Positions 17,449-25,400 of a DNA stretch of 27,916 nt are shown in pieces; the first letter of the stretch is position 1; each line of letters opens with the position of its first letter. A model generated the notes under the pieces. The model was not told the DNA's origin. It saw only the letters and a program-made list of their open reading frames with translations, and ran no database searches. Source of the DNA: a virus (lineage: Duplodnaviria > Caudoviricetes). A program made the translations under genes and the position numbers. Location: IMG/VR virus record IMGVR_UViG_3300025102_000210, positions 1-27,916 of that record. One strand, given 5' to 3'.

Positions 17449-17969
17449 TATTCCATTCCTTTATTGTGCTTGCCATCTAAATAGTGGTAGACTTTCCCTA
17501 AATAGTCAGCAGCGAGAGTAATCTTTGATTGAACCCAGCCAGGGAGGTCAGAATATTGTGAAGCAAGTTGGGAGACCTGTGGGGCGTATTTCTCCAGTTT
17601 GTGTAAATCAGAAAGAGCCATCTCCACTTCGTGACCATCATCTTCTATGCCGCCTATCATTTGGTGACCTTCATTGGTTTGCTCTGGCTCTTCTTTCGGT
17701 ATACCCTTGTTCATAAGCTCGAACCCTCTTTGAATGACAGTCTTGCCTCTGACAAGATCGCGCTCCGCAGCCATCTGAAACATCTTGTCAATCATTTGAT
17801 TAAGAAACATCAACTCTTGTGATTTTATTACATTTAAATCAATGTTCTTGATCGTGTCAAGAATTTCTGCCTTAAGGGCTTGGGGTGTTTTCGAGCCGGT
17901 TAACTTCATCTTATCGTCTTGCTCCGCAAGAACTTCTCTGATTAAAGCCCGTAATTCTTCAGCTTTCAT
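17448..17969 (-). CDS. Leader-family protein (MKAEELRALIREVLAE) with C-terminal WVQSKIT..ADYL domain, 173 aa
   Basis: The C-terminal LPGWVQSKITLAADYLGKVYHYL motif is one I recall from uncharacterised proteins of T4-like phages. Confidence 0.75.
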   Translation of the reverse strand: MKAEELRALIREVLAEQDDKMKLTGSKTPQALKAEILDTIKNIDLNVIKSQELMFLNQMIDKMFQMAAERDLVRGKTVIQRGFELMNKGIPKEEPEQTNEGHQMIGGIEDDGHEVEMALSDLHKLEKYAPQVSQLASQYSDLPGWVQSKITLAADYLGKVYHYLDGKHNKGME

Positions 17970-18339
17970 TTGGTCGCCATCCTTTTTGCCAACGTTCTTC
18001 TCTTCCTTCTACCCATTTGATGTAACACTTGTAACAGCAATTAAACTTTACAAGGGACACATCATCGCGGGTAGATTGTGAGAAGGCACCACAAACAGGG
18101 CATCCTGTTTTGGATTCTCTATTAAGTAGTTTTCTTGAAACCTTTATTCCATTTAGTTCTACTTTGTCGTTGGCTTCATCATTTTTCTTTTGTTTCTTGT
18201 AGAGATCTCGCATCTGTTCAAGATAGACTTTTTCCTTTTCTTCATCCCAATCTGCTTTGGGATTTTGAATGGCTTCTTCACCATACTTCTTGGCGATAGC
18301 CTGCTCTACTTTAACAATGTAGTCTGGGTCATTACTCAT
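17959..18339 (-). CDS. Hypothetical protein with C-terminal Zn-finger-like motif, 126 aa
   Basis: CPVC-x15-CCYKC followed by WVEGREERWQKGWRP. Confidence 0.75.
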   Translation of the reverse strand: MSNDPDYIVKVEQAIAKKYGEEAIQNPKADWDEEKEKVYLEQMRDLYKKQKKNDEANDKVELNGIKVSRKLLNRESKTGCPVCGAFSQSTRDDVSLVKFNCCYKCYIKWVEGREERWQKGWRPNES

Positions 18340-18743
18340 TTAACCGCCTGTTGGATTCCATAGTAAGTTGCGCCACCGAGAGCTACGCCGCCTACAAACC
18401 ACATCCATTTATAGGCTGGTGCTTGCTTCTTCACGATCTTCTGTAGTTCTACAATCTCGGTGTCTTTTTCTATTATCATCAAGTTGTGTTTTCTATTGAG
18501 GGAGTTGTATCTTATTACTTGTTGCTCCAACTCAAGAGTAAAATCATTTTGTTTTATTTCAAGTGTTCTTGTCCATTCGATCTCGCACTCTTCTTTCACG
18601 CGCTGTGGTGCTGTAAGAACCTCGGACAAAGCCTCGGGGTTGAAGACAACGCCCTCTATGGGAGACGGGGCTCCTTCATCAACAATAGAAAACTCTGGGC
18701 TTGCGCCAGCAGTCGAGATCATAAATAATAAATTAAGGAACAT
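18336..18743 (-). CDS. Secreted/periplasmic coiled-coil protein with C-terminal TM (spanin-like?), 135 aa
   Basis: Short signal-like N-terminus ending AGA-S, central coiled coil, C-terminal WMWFVGGVALGGATYYGI. Confidence 0.5.
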   Translation of the reverse strand: MFLNLLFMISTAGASPEFSIVDEGAPSPIEGVVFNPEALSEVLTAPQRVKEECEIEWTRTLEIKQNDFTLELEQQVIRYNSLNRKHNLMIIEKDTEIVELQKIVKKQAPAYKWMWFVGGVALGGATYYGIQQAVK

Positions 18744-19113
18744 AGGTGAATCCGTAGATGTCTTCTATCTGAACTATAAGGGCTTCTTTATCTTCCCTGT
18801 AGTTTCTTATAACACGCTCCTTCTTTTTGTCAATCTCATTTGACAAATCAATCAGGGCATCTTGATAGCGCATCTCAAGCTTTTCATTTCTTATTCTGTA
18901 TTCTTCAAGAGCTTCATCACGCTGCTGTAATTCTTCGGCGTGGATGCCCTGTAGTTCTTCTATCTGTGTCTTTAGTGATTGCTGTGAAATTTCGTGTGCC
19001 TTGATAATGTTGCGCACATCATAGCGGCTTTTACCAAACACAACAAGAAGGAGCAGGACAAGCCCGATCTCCTTCCAGTGTCTTAAGCAGAATGCTAGAA
19101 TCTTTTGCTTCAC
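18733..19113 (-). CDS. i-spanin-like protein (N-terminal TM plus coiled coil), 126 aa
   Basis: IGLVLLLLVVF transmembrane segment followed by a long heptad-rich helix; GTGA overlap with the holin-like gene. Confidence 0.55.
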   Translation of the reverse strand: MKQKILAFCLRHWKEIGLVLLLLVVFGKSRYDVRNIIKAHEISQQSLKTQIEELQGIHAEELQQRDEALEEYRIRNEKLEMRYQDALIDLSNEIDKKKERVIRNYREDKEALIVQIEDIYGFTYVP

Positions 19114-19313
19114 TCAAGTCCCTTAAGCTTTACAATAGCGTCAATCACAGATTGACCACCGAGATAAAGACCAGAGATAATAACCCAGTCTGCCGATTCT
19201 AGTCCGCCCCAAGCCATAAGACCTGTGGCAGTGAGCCACACGAGTAGCTTGCGGGATGTAAGCTTTTGTATGCCGCTGTCGAGTAGTGCTTGTTTCTGCT
19301 CTTTGCTCATCAC
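19110..19313 (-). CDS. Putative class II holin, 67 aa
   Basis: Two TM segments after a KLTSRKLL motif, with W......YLGGQ...D; the pattern resembles small phage holins. Confidence 0.6.
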   Translation of the reverse strand: MMSKEQKQALLDSGIQKLTSRKLLVWLTATGLMAWGGLESADWVIISGLYLGGQSVIDAIVKLKGLE

Positions 19314-19942
19314 TTGTCACCTCTCTTTCTCTTGTTTCTTGGATCTCTTAGCTCATCATAAACAGCCTTAATCAAAACAGGTAAACCTACACCAGCGACC
19401 AGTGGTGCCAACTTAGCAGCCACATCAATCACCAACTGCTGCGTAGCTGGGTCGGTGATGCCTTCTTGTAGCTCTGCCTCTTCCATCATAGGGTTTGTTC
19501 TAAGCTTTTGGATCAAAACGTTCATAGCTTCTTCTGCTACTGCTTCGGGGGTCTGGTGGTACTCTTGGAACATAATCTCTTTGATTATGTCTAGCAGGTC
19601 ATCTTCGATCATCTTTTCGAAATCTTCCATAACCATGTTAAAGACCCGATCTGCGTCTTTGTATTCTTGTGGATCTGGGACACTAAGGTCTCTCAGGTCG
19701 TCGTCGGACATTTGGAACATCTCTGCCTCAGCCATAATCTCTTCTTTGATTAAGGCGATTAGCTGTGACTTCTTGATTTTCATAGTTTTGTTTTCCTTTT
19801 TTGTGGCGTCATCTACATTCGCATATAACGCTTTTAAATAGTCTTTGGCTTTTTCTACCGAATCAGAGCACCCCTCTTTTTTGCCACGAGAGCCATCTTT
19901 GTTTTTTTTGTAAACACATTTCCCGTCTCTCATAAATGGCAT
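19310..19942 (-). CDS. Two-part protein: basic Cys-containing N-terminal module plus internal leader-family domain, 210 aa
   Basis: MPF.RDGKCVYKK...GCS..EKAKDYLKALYAN, then an internal MKIKKSQLIALIKEEI (ATG 19783, preceded by AAGGA). Confidence 0.75.
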   Translation of the reverse strand: MPFMRDGKCVYKKNKDGSRGKKEGCSDSVEKAKDYLKALYANVDDATKKENKTMKIKKSQLIALIKEEIMAEAEMFQMSDDDLRDLSVPDPQEYKDADRVFNMVMEDFEKMIEDDLLDIIKEIMFQEYHQTPEAVAEEAMNVLIQKLRTNPMMEEAELQEGITDPATQQLVIDVAAKLAPLVAGVGLPVLIKAVYDELRDPRNKRKRGDK

Positions 19943-20257
19943 TTATTTGCCGCCCTTTCTTTTTCGCGCATATTCGTCTGGTGATTGGCCACCCATCCAA
20001 GCATCGTAAGGATTGGGAGAACTATCATCAATCTCGTAACCCATTTTGAACACGACAGACACCCATTGCTCAAAAGACATCTGCTGTCCTGCGACTGACT
20101 GGGCTCTGTCCATCTTCTGCTGGTCTCTGAACTGTTCCGATTCTTCTACTTGGGCGCGAACATCTTCGCCAAACATCTCCTCAACCTCTTCATTCGTGAG
20201 GACTACTTCAAGCTCTTCTTTGATGATTTGCTTTAGTTTGGCTTTGGTTATCTTCAT
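19943..20257 (-). CDS. Leader-family protein (MKITKAKLKQIIKEEL), 104 aa
   Basis: Shared leader; abuts both neighbours. Confidence 0.8.
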   Translation of the reverse strand: MKITKAKLKQIIKEELEVVLTNEEVEEMFGEDVRAQVEESEQFRDQQKMDRAQSVAGQQMSFEQWVSVVFKMGYEIDDSSPNPYDAWMGGQSPDEYARKRKGGK

Positions 20258-20410
20258 TTATTCACATTCTCTATGATCGCAACAATCTTCTTCTGGCTCA
20301 CATTCTTCGTCGCAGCACTCACCCTCTGATTCTGTGGGCGGCAATGCAGCGGCTGGGTTTTTTCCAAATAGGCTGGCTAACCAGCCCCATAGTGTTTGTA
20401 GTAAATTCAT
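20258..20410 (-). CDS. Small protein with amphipathic N-terminal helix and Cys/acidic tail, 50 aa
   Basis: MNLLQTLWGWLASLFGKNPAAALPPTESEGECCDEECEPEEDCCDHRECE; fills the gap exactly (TAAATG junctions on both sides); not in the ORF track. Confidence 0.75.
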   Translation of the reverse strand: MNLLQTLWGWLASLFGKNPAAALPPTESEGECCDEECEPEEDCCDHRECE

Positions 20411-20635
20411 TTATTGATTGTCCTTTATTGCTTGATGTAGAGCCTGAATGACTCCGTTATTAAGATGCGAGTAGGACGGAGGATCTGTAGCGGCGTCCTC
20501 GGCGGCTTCTCTTAGCATTTCGGCTAGTTTTCTCTTGATCTGGCTGAGCATCATTCTGCCGTAGCCGGGCACTTGAACCTCTTGATCCGCTTCTTCGTGC
20601 ATTGCTTCTCTAAAGTTTTCAAATAGTTTTTTCAT
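20411..20635 (-). CDS. Hypothetical protein with MKKLFENF leader, 74 aa
   Basis: Start moved to ATG 20635, directly after the tubulin stop, with AAGGA upstream. Confidence 0.7.
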   Translation of the reverse strand: MKKLFENFREAMHEEADQEVQVPGYGRMMLSQIKRKLAEMLREAAEDAATDPPSYSHLNNGVIQALHQAIKDNQ

Positions 20636-20636
20636 T

Positions 20637-21773
20637 TTATTTTCCTTTTTCGATCCCATTCATAGATAGTATTGCAATCAATCCGGGGACATTCTTTCTG
20701 ACATAAACGCCAGAGAAAAGTGTTTCGCAGCGACCGCCAACATAAGCAATTGCGGACTCAAGGTGCTTAGACACGCGGGGGTCAGCAACCATCTCTTCAC
20801 TTGCTACGAGGATAAGTGATCCTGCTGCCGCCTTGCCCTTGGGTGGAGGACAAGCAGAGCGGTTCATGCAGTTATGCATGATGGTTGTGCCGAGCTTGCC
20901 AGTGTTGGGGTCTTTGATCATTGTAGAGCCGATAAAGGCGCGACCATCCTTGCTGAAGCAGGTCTCCAAGTCTTTAGAATCAAATGACTGAATCGGGGAG
21001 TCTTCGGTAGATAGCTTTAGGATTTGTGCGAATGACTTGGCAAACTGTGTGTTTGCAACTGGATACATTCCTAGCATTCCTATGCGACCGCGCAGCAGGC
21101 GCGTGGCTCTCTCGTTATCTAGAATGATGTGTGGATAAGGCGTGACATCATTAGCAAGTGATAGGGCATTGCGGGCTATCGTTGGGTTTAAATTTTCTTG
21201 TGCTGTTGGCCAAGAGACAATGTAAACGACCTTGCCGCTTGCCTGAACAGATTGTAGGTAGCGTTCAAAGACAGGCTGGAGAGCAACAACAGAAGAGCCT
21301 GTGCCACCGCCACCGCCTGCAAAAACAAACAGCCAGTCAACCTTGCCAAACTTAATTCGGAGAGCATCTTCTACGACGGCGCCGTTCTGTGACAACACTT
21401 CTTTACCATAGGTGATGTTCTTTCCGATGCCGTCGCTATCAGGGATGAGCACAACGTGCTCTTCTTCGACGTTCTTAGGAATGTCTTTGCCTGTGCTGTT
21501 GACGAGTAGGGTCTTGTTGAAGCCCAACTCAATCATGGCGTTCGCCATCTTATTGCCACCGCCGCCAACGCCAACAAAACCTATGTTTATAGATGATGGC
21601 GCCGTGTTTTCAGGTAGCATGTCCTCATCGGAATACTCCATCTGTAACCCAAAGTCCTCAACCATACCAAAGTCTTCCGCTTCTACTTCTTCGTGGAAGT
21701 GGTCTTTTTCTTGGTTGAATGATGGGGGCGCTTCTGCTGGAGGCAAGAAACCAAACTCGTCGTCGTTACTCAT
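20637..21773 (-). CDS. Tubulin/FtsZ-family GTPase, 378 aa
   Basis: IGFVGVGGGGNKMAN (T1), GIGKN...G, tubulin signature AGGGGGTGS, ILDNE, T7-like SFDSKD; acidic N-terminal extension; no FtsZ C-terminal tail. Confidence 0.9.
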   Translation of the reverse strand: MSNDDEFGFLPPAEAPPSFNQEKDHFHEEVEAEDFGMVEDFGLQMEYSDEDMLPENTAPSSINIGFVGVGGGGNKMANAMIELGFNKTLLVNSTGKDIPKNVEEEHVVLIPDSDGIGKNITYGKEVLSQNGAVVEDALRIKFGKVDWLFVFAGGGGGTGSSVVALQPVFERYLQSVQASGKVVYIVSWPTAQENLNPTIARNALSLANDVTPYPHIILDNERATRLLRGRIGMLGMYPVANTQFAKSFAQILKLSTEDSPIQSFDSKDLETCFSKDGRAFIGSTMIKDPNTGKLGTTIMHNCMNRSACPPPKGKAAAGSLILVASEEMVADPRVSKHLESAIAYVGGRCETLFSGVYVRKNVPGLIAILSMNGIEKGK

Positions 21774-21781
21774 TGTTTATC

Positions 21782-22078
21782 CTATTCTTTTTGGGCTAGA
21801 GAGCCTGTGCGACCATCAATAACTGGTCCGGTGCTGGTGCGTCGTGATTTGTGAGCGCCGTGTGCTGACAGATAATCATCTCTCTCATCATCTGACATTG
21901 ATGCGGCAGCGTCGGAAACGATAGATAGCCCTTCGGCAGAAAGAATTGCTTCCAATTCTTCTACGGAAACGCCCATCTTCTCTGCTACACGCATCATAGG
22001 ATCGGCATCCATTTCTTGAATAACTGCATCAAGCTCTTCTTTAATAATCTGTTTTAGTTTGTCTTTTGTGATTTTCAT
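21782..22078 (-). CDS. Leader-family protein (MKITKDKLKQIIKEEL), 98 aa
   Basis: Shared leader; contains HTH-like VAEKMGVSVEELEAIL. Confidence 0.8.
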   Translation of the reverse strand: MKITKDKLKQIIKEELDAVIQEMDADPMMRVAEKMGVSVEELEAILSAEGLSIVSDAAASMSDDERDDYLSAHGAHKSRRTSTGPVIDGRTGSLAQKE

Positions 22079-22083
22079 TATTG
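22029..22083. repeat. 55-bp direct repeat, copy 1 (leader-coding)
   Basis: 54/55 identical to 22419-22473. Confidence 0.92.
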
Positions 22084-22090
22084 TTTTTCC

Positions 22091-22468
22091 TTATTGTGAA
22101 CGCTTTTGCGCAGCGGCGAGGACTGCACCTGCAAAGCATTTAGGATTAGCCAAGATTATCTCATCCATTTTACCAGCAAGACGTTGATCAAATTGACCCA
22201 TTGTTTGCTGCTGTCCTCCTCCTCCGCTGTATTCTTGGTTTAACTGATCAACTTTAGCACGGATTTCTTTACACTTAACATCCAACTTTGCTTTAGCGGC
22301 TTTTTCTCTTTGTGATTGCCTGTATCTCTCAGTTGCTGCTGCTTTTTCTTCTTCTGAGCGGTTGTCCGTCGCGAAGCTCGCATATGGGTCGTATCCATAT
22401 TCTTTTACCAAAACGCTTTCAAGCTCTTCTTTGATAATCTGTTTTAGTTTGTCTTTTGTGATTTTCAT
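22091..22468 (-). CDS. Leader-family protein (MKITKDKLKQIIKEEL), 125 aa
   Basis: Shared leader; TAATG coupling to the Mre11-Rad50 stop. Confidence 0.8.
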   Translation of the reverse strand: MKITKDKLKQIIKEELESVLVKEYGYDPYASFATDNRSEEEKAAATERYRQSQREKAAKAKLDVKCKEIRAKVDQLNQEYSGGGGQQQTMGQFDQRLAGKMDEIILANPKCFAGAVLAAAQKRSQ

Positions 22469-22473
22469 TATTG
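22419..22473. repeat. 55-bp direct repeat, copy 2 (leader-coding)
   Basis: tcaagctcttcttt[a/g]ataatctgttttagtttgtcttttgtgattttcattattg present twice, 390 bp apart. Confidence 0.92.
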
Positions 22474-25400
22474 GTTTACCTTGGCATAGCCGTTGTTTTT
22501 CTCAATCACAATCTGCATGTCTACACAATCTTTGAGAGAATCAAGGTGAGAGATAAGCAAGACGTTCTTGAAATACACTTTAATTAGTTCCAAGATCCGA
22601 ATAAATCCTGCCATATTCTCTTCGTCCAAAGCAGTTCCAGGCTCGTCCAAGATGAACAGGTCGCTCTTGGGCAGAGAAGAAACAGACAGCAGGGCAAGAC
22701 GAATAGCCATAGCAGCCATAGTCTTCTCGGCACCAGACGCCATCTCAATAGGTCGCGCCTCGTGCTTTGGGTGCTTGATAAAAATTTCAAACTTGTTACC
22801 CGTAGTCTCGAAAAAGATTTCAAAATCTACAACGTTCGATAGAATCTTTACAATCTCTTCGTTGATTACAGGCAACTTCTGCTTAATGATGTCGTAAGCA
22901 ATCCCATTCGGGTGCATACATCGCAAGAAAAGATCATACGATGAGTATTCCGCTTGGATTGTTTCAAATTCTAATCTTCTTTCTTCGAGGTCTTCGATTC
23001 GCTGTTCTTCTGAGCCGAGAGATTTGTAAAGATCAATCTTCTTCTGGCTAGACGACTTAGCTTGTTCTTCAATGAATTTCGCTTGTTGGGCATAAACTTC
23101 TTTCTCCTTTAATAGTTTTTCTAGATTTTCAATTGCTTCTTTGTTGTCGTTATAGGAAGCCTGCTTTTGTGCAAGCTCCTCTATCAAGGTGTTGTGCCTA
23201 TCAAGAGCAGACTTTCTGCGCTCAATACCCAACTGAAGGTCTTTTATAAGACTCTCAGTTTCGTTTTGCTTTCTTTCAAGCTTGTGATACTTGTCCAGAT
23301 GATCTCTCACAATTTGAGGATTCAAGCTGGAGAGCGTGTTCTGTAGTTCATCAATCTTGGATTCCGTTTCAGGAATAATAGCCGTTGCCACATGGGCATC
23401 GCGAATGAACTTACAAGCAGGGTAAGCTGTCCCACAGGGGATGTCTTCTAATAACTTCTTTTTGTCGGATGCAACCTCTAATTTCTGGGTATGTGCTTGA
23501 AGATTCCTCTCGGCTTCTTCAATACTTACAAGGGAACCAGTAAGAGTCTCGTAATCTAATGTTTGTAGAAGATTAGAGATTTTTACAAAGCGTGCCCTCT
23601 CTCTATGTAGTGCGTTGCCATCATCAATGATAGAATCGGACAAAGAAATTATTTTATTTTTTGTCTTTTTGATCTCGGACTGAACCTCGTGGATGTCAAT
23701 CACATCTGTTGGGATGTTAGAGATTTTATTGGCAAGCCCGTGGATGTGATCGTTTACAAAGGTCAGCTTTTTCTGTAGCTTTAGGTTGTTTGTCTCTGAC
23801 TTGAGAATCTCTGCTTTGTGCTCTGCAACGGCGTCCATGGCTTCTTGAATTTCTTTGTTGTAGTCTCGACCCTGTAGCTTTTTAATCAGAGCCTTGGAAT
23901 CCTGAGCGTCGCCCTTGGCGAGCTTGAACTTCTTGTCAAAGAACTGAAGGTCTAGGAATTTAGCAATGATCTCTTTCCGCTTGGTTGAGCCCTCGTTAAT
24001 AAATGCTAAGGCGCCATGCTGCGAAGACATGGACGAGATGAGGAAATCATCGATCGTGCCAAAGTGCTTACGAATGTTTGCATCTGTCTGGTTGCGAGTG
24101 GTTCCATTTAAGGAGGTCGCCTCGTTCAAGATCTTATCGTAAACGGAAAAGTCAAGGTAAGTTTTGGCTTCGATTGTTACCTCGCCTCTCGACTTCTTTT
24201 CGTACTTCTCCACCTTACGGTGGATTGTATAGCTCTTGTCGCCAATCGCAATCGTTGCTGTGCCTTCGCCACAATTACGATTCTGGTTTACAACGTTCAC
24301 ATTCTTGCGCTCGTTCTTGCTGGTCGTGCCGAAGATCGTGAACAAGATGGCATCAATAATAGAAGACTTGCCAGAGAAGTTTTTTCCAAAGATGCCGGTA
24401 ATTCCATTTATGTTTCGAAAGTCAACAGAATTGCTCTCTCCGTAATTAAACAGATTGGACCACTCGAAGTTTATCAACTCCCAGTTGACATTACGGCTTA
24501 CATCCTCTTTTGCTTCTACTTCTTGATTGTATTTCGAGTTTAGCTTGTAGATGGCAGTCAAAGCCGCTGGCTTGATTTGGTAGTCTTTGAGGTACTCTGA
24601 GATTAGCTCCTGCTGAATCTCGGGATCTCGTAGATTCTGAGCCCCCAAGCCATCGGCAATCTCTTCGACGTTACCACGCTTACCAGCAGATCTATTCAGG
24701 AACGAGATGGACTCTGGTCCGAACTTGTGCCGGGCTACATCAACTGCCTTCCTCATCACATCAAGGGATAAGTTGTTGTCGCTAACGATTCGGAGACGGG
24801 CATTTGCTGGGACAGACGCAGAGCGGGGTACCTTACCTGTGCGTGTTAGCTCTAGCGTGATAAACGGACGAGGATTCTGTAGCGTGAAATGCTCGATGTC
24901 CCAATCATTCTTGCCGTCGATAGTCCAGATAGAGAAGCCCTTATCGTTGCTTTCTCCGTGGTTTTGCTGGATAGTAGAGCCAGGATAATAGACTCTCTTC
25001 TCGTCATCCAAGAACTGTCGCTTGTGAATGTCTCCAAGCATGGCGTAATCAAATGACTCAAAGATAGAAACCTCGTCTTCACCGTGAACCATCGTCCAAC
25101 CGGCGTCAGTCTGACAGTTGGAGATAGCACCGTGATAGAGCGCGATGTTCACCTTATCGGGATCAGTTGGTTGAATCCAATTATCTCGATCAAAAACTGA
25201 CAACACGTTTAGTGTTATGCTGCTGTTTGCTATAGGTGTTTCGCCTGAGTTCTTTAGAAGACGAATGTTGGGGCTATCAATAGCCTGCACAATGGGCGTA
25301 ATAGCATCTTGCCGGTTGCTATTCTTCAAGTTACCATCGTGGTTGCCAAGAATAATAAACGTCGTAGCAATGTCTGCGAGATTACTAAAAAAATCTGATG

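Noticed and set aside
20637-21773. Evidence for a nucleus-forming phiKZ-like phage, or for a host ftsZ/bacterial contig
   Set aside because: The head genes are T4-like, no chimallin or dcw-cluster genes are visible, and the FtsZ C-terminal peptide is absent.
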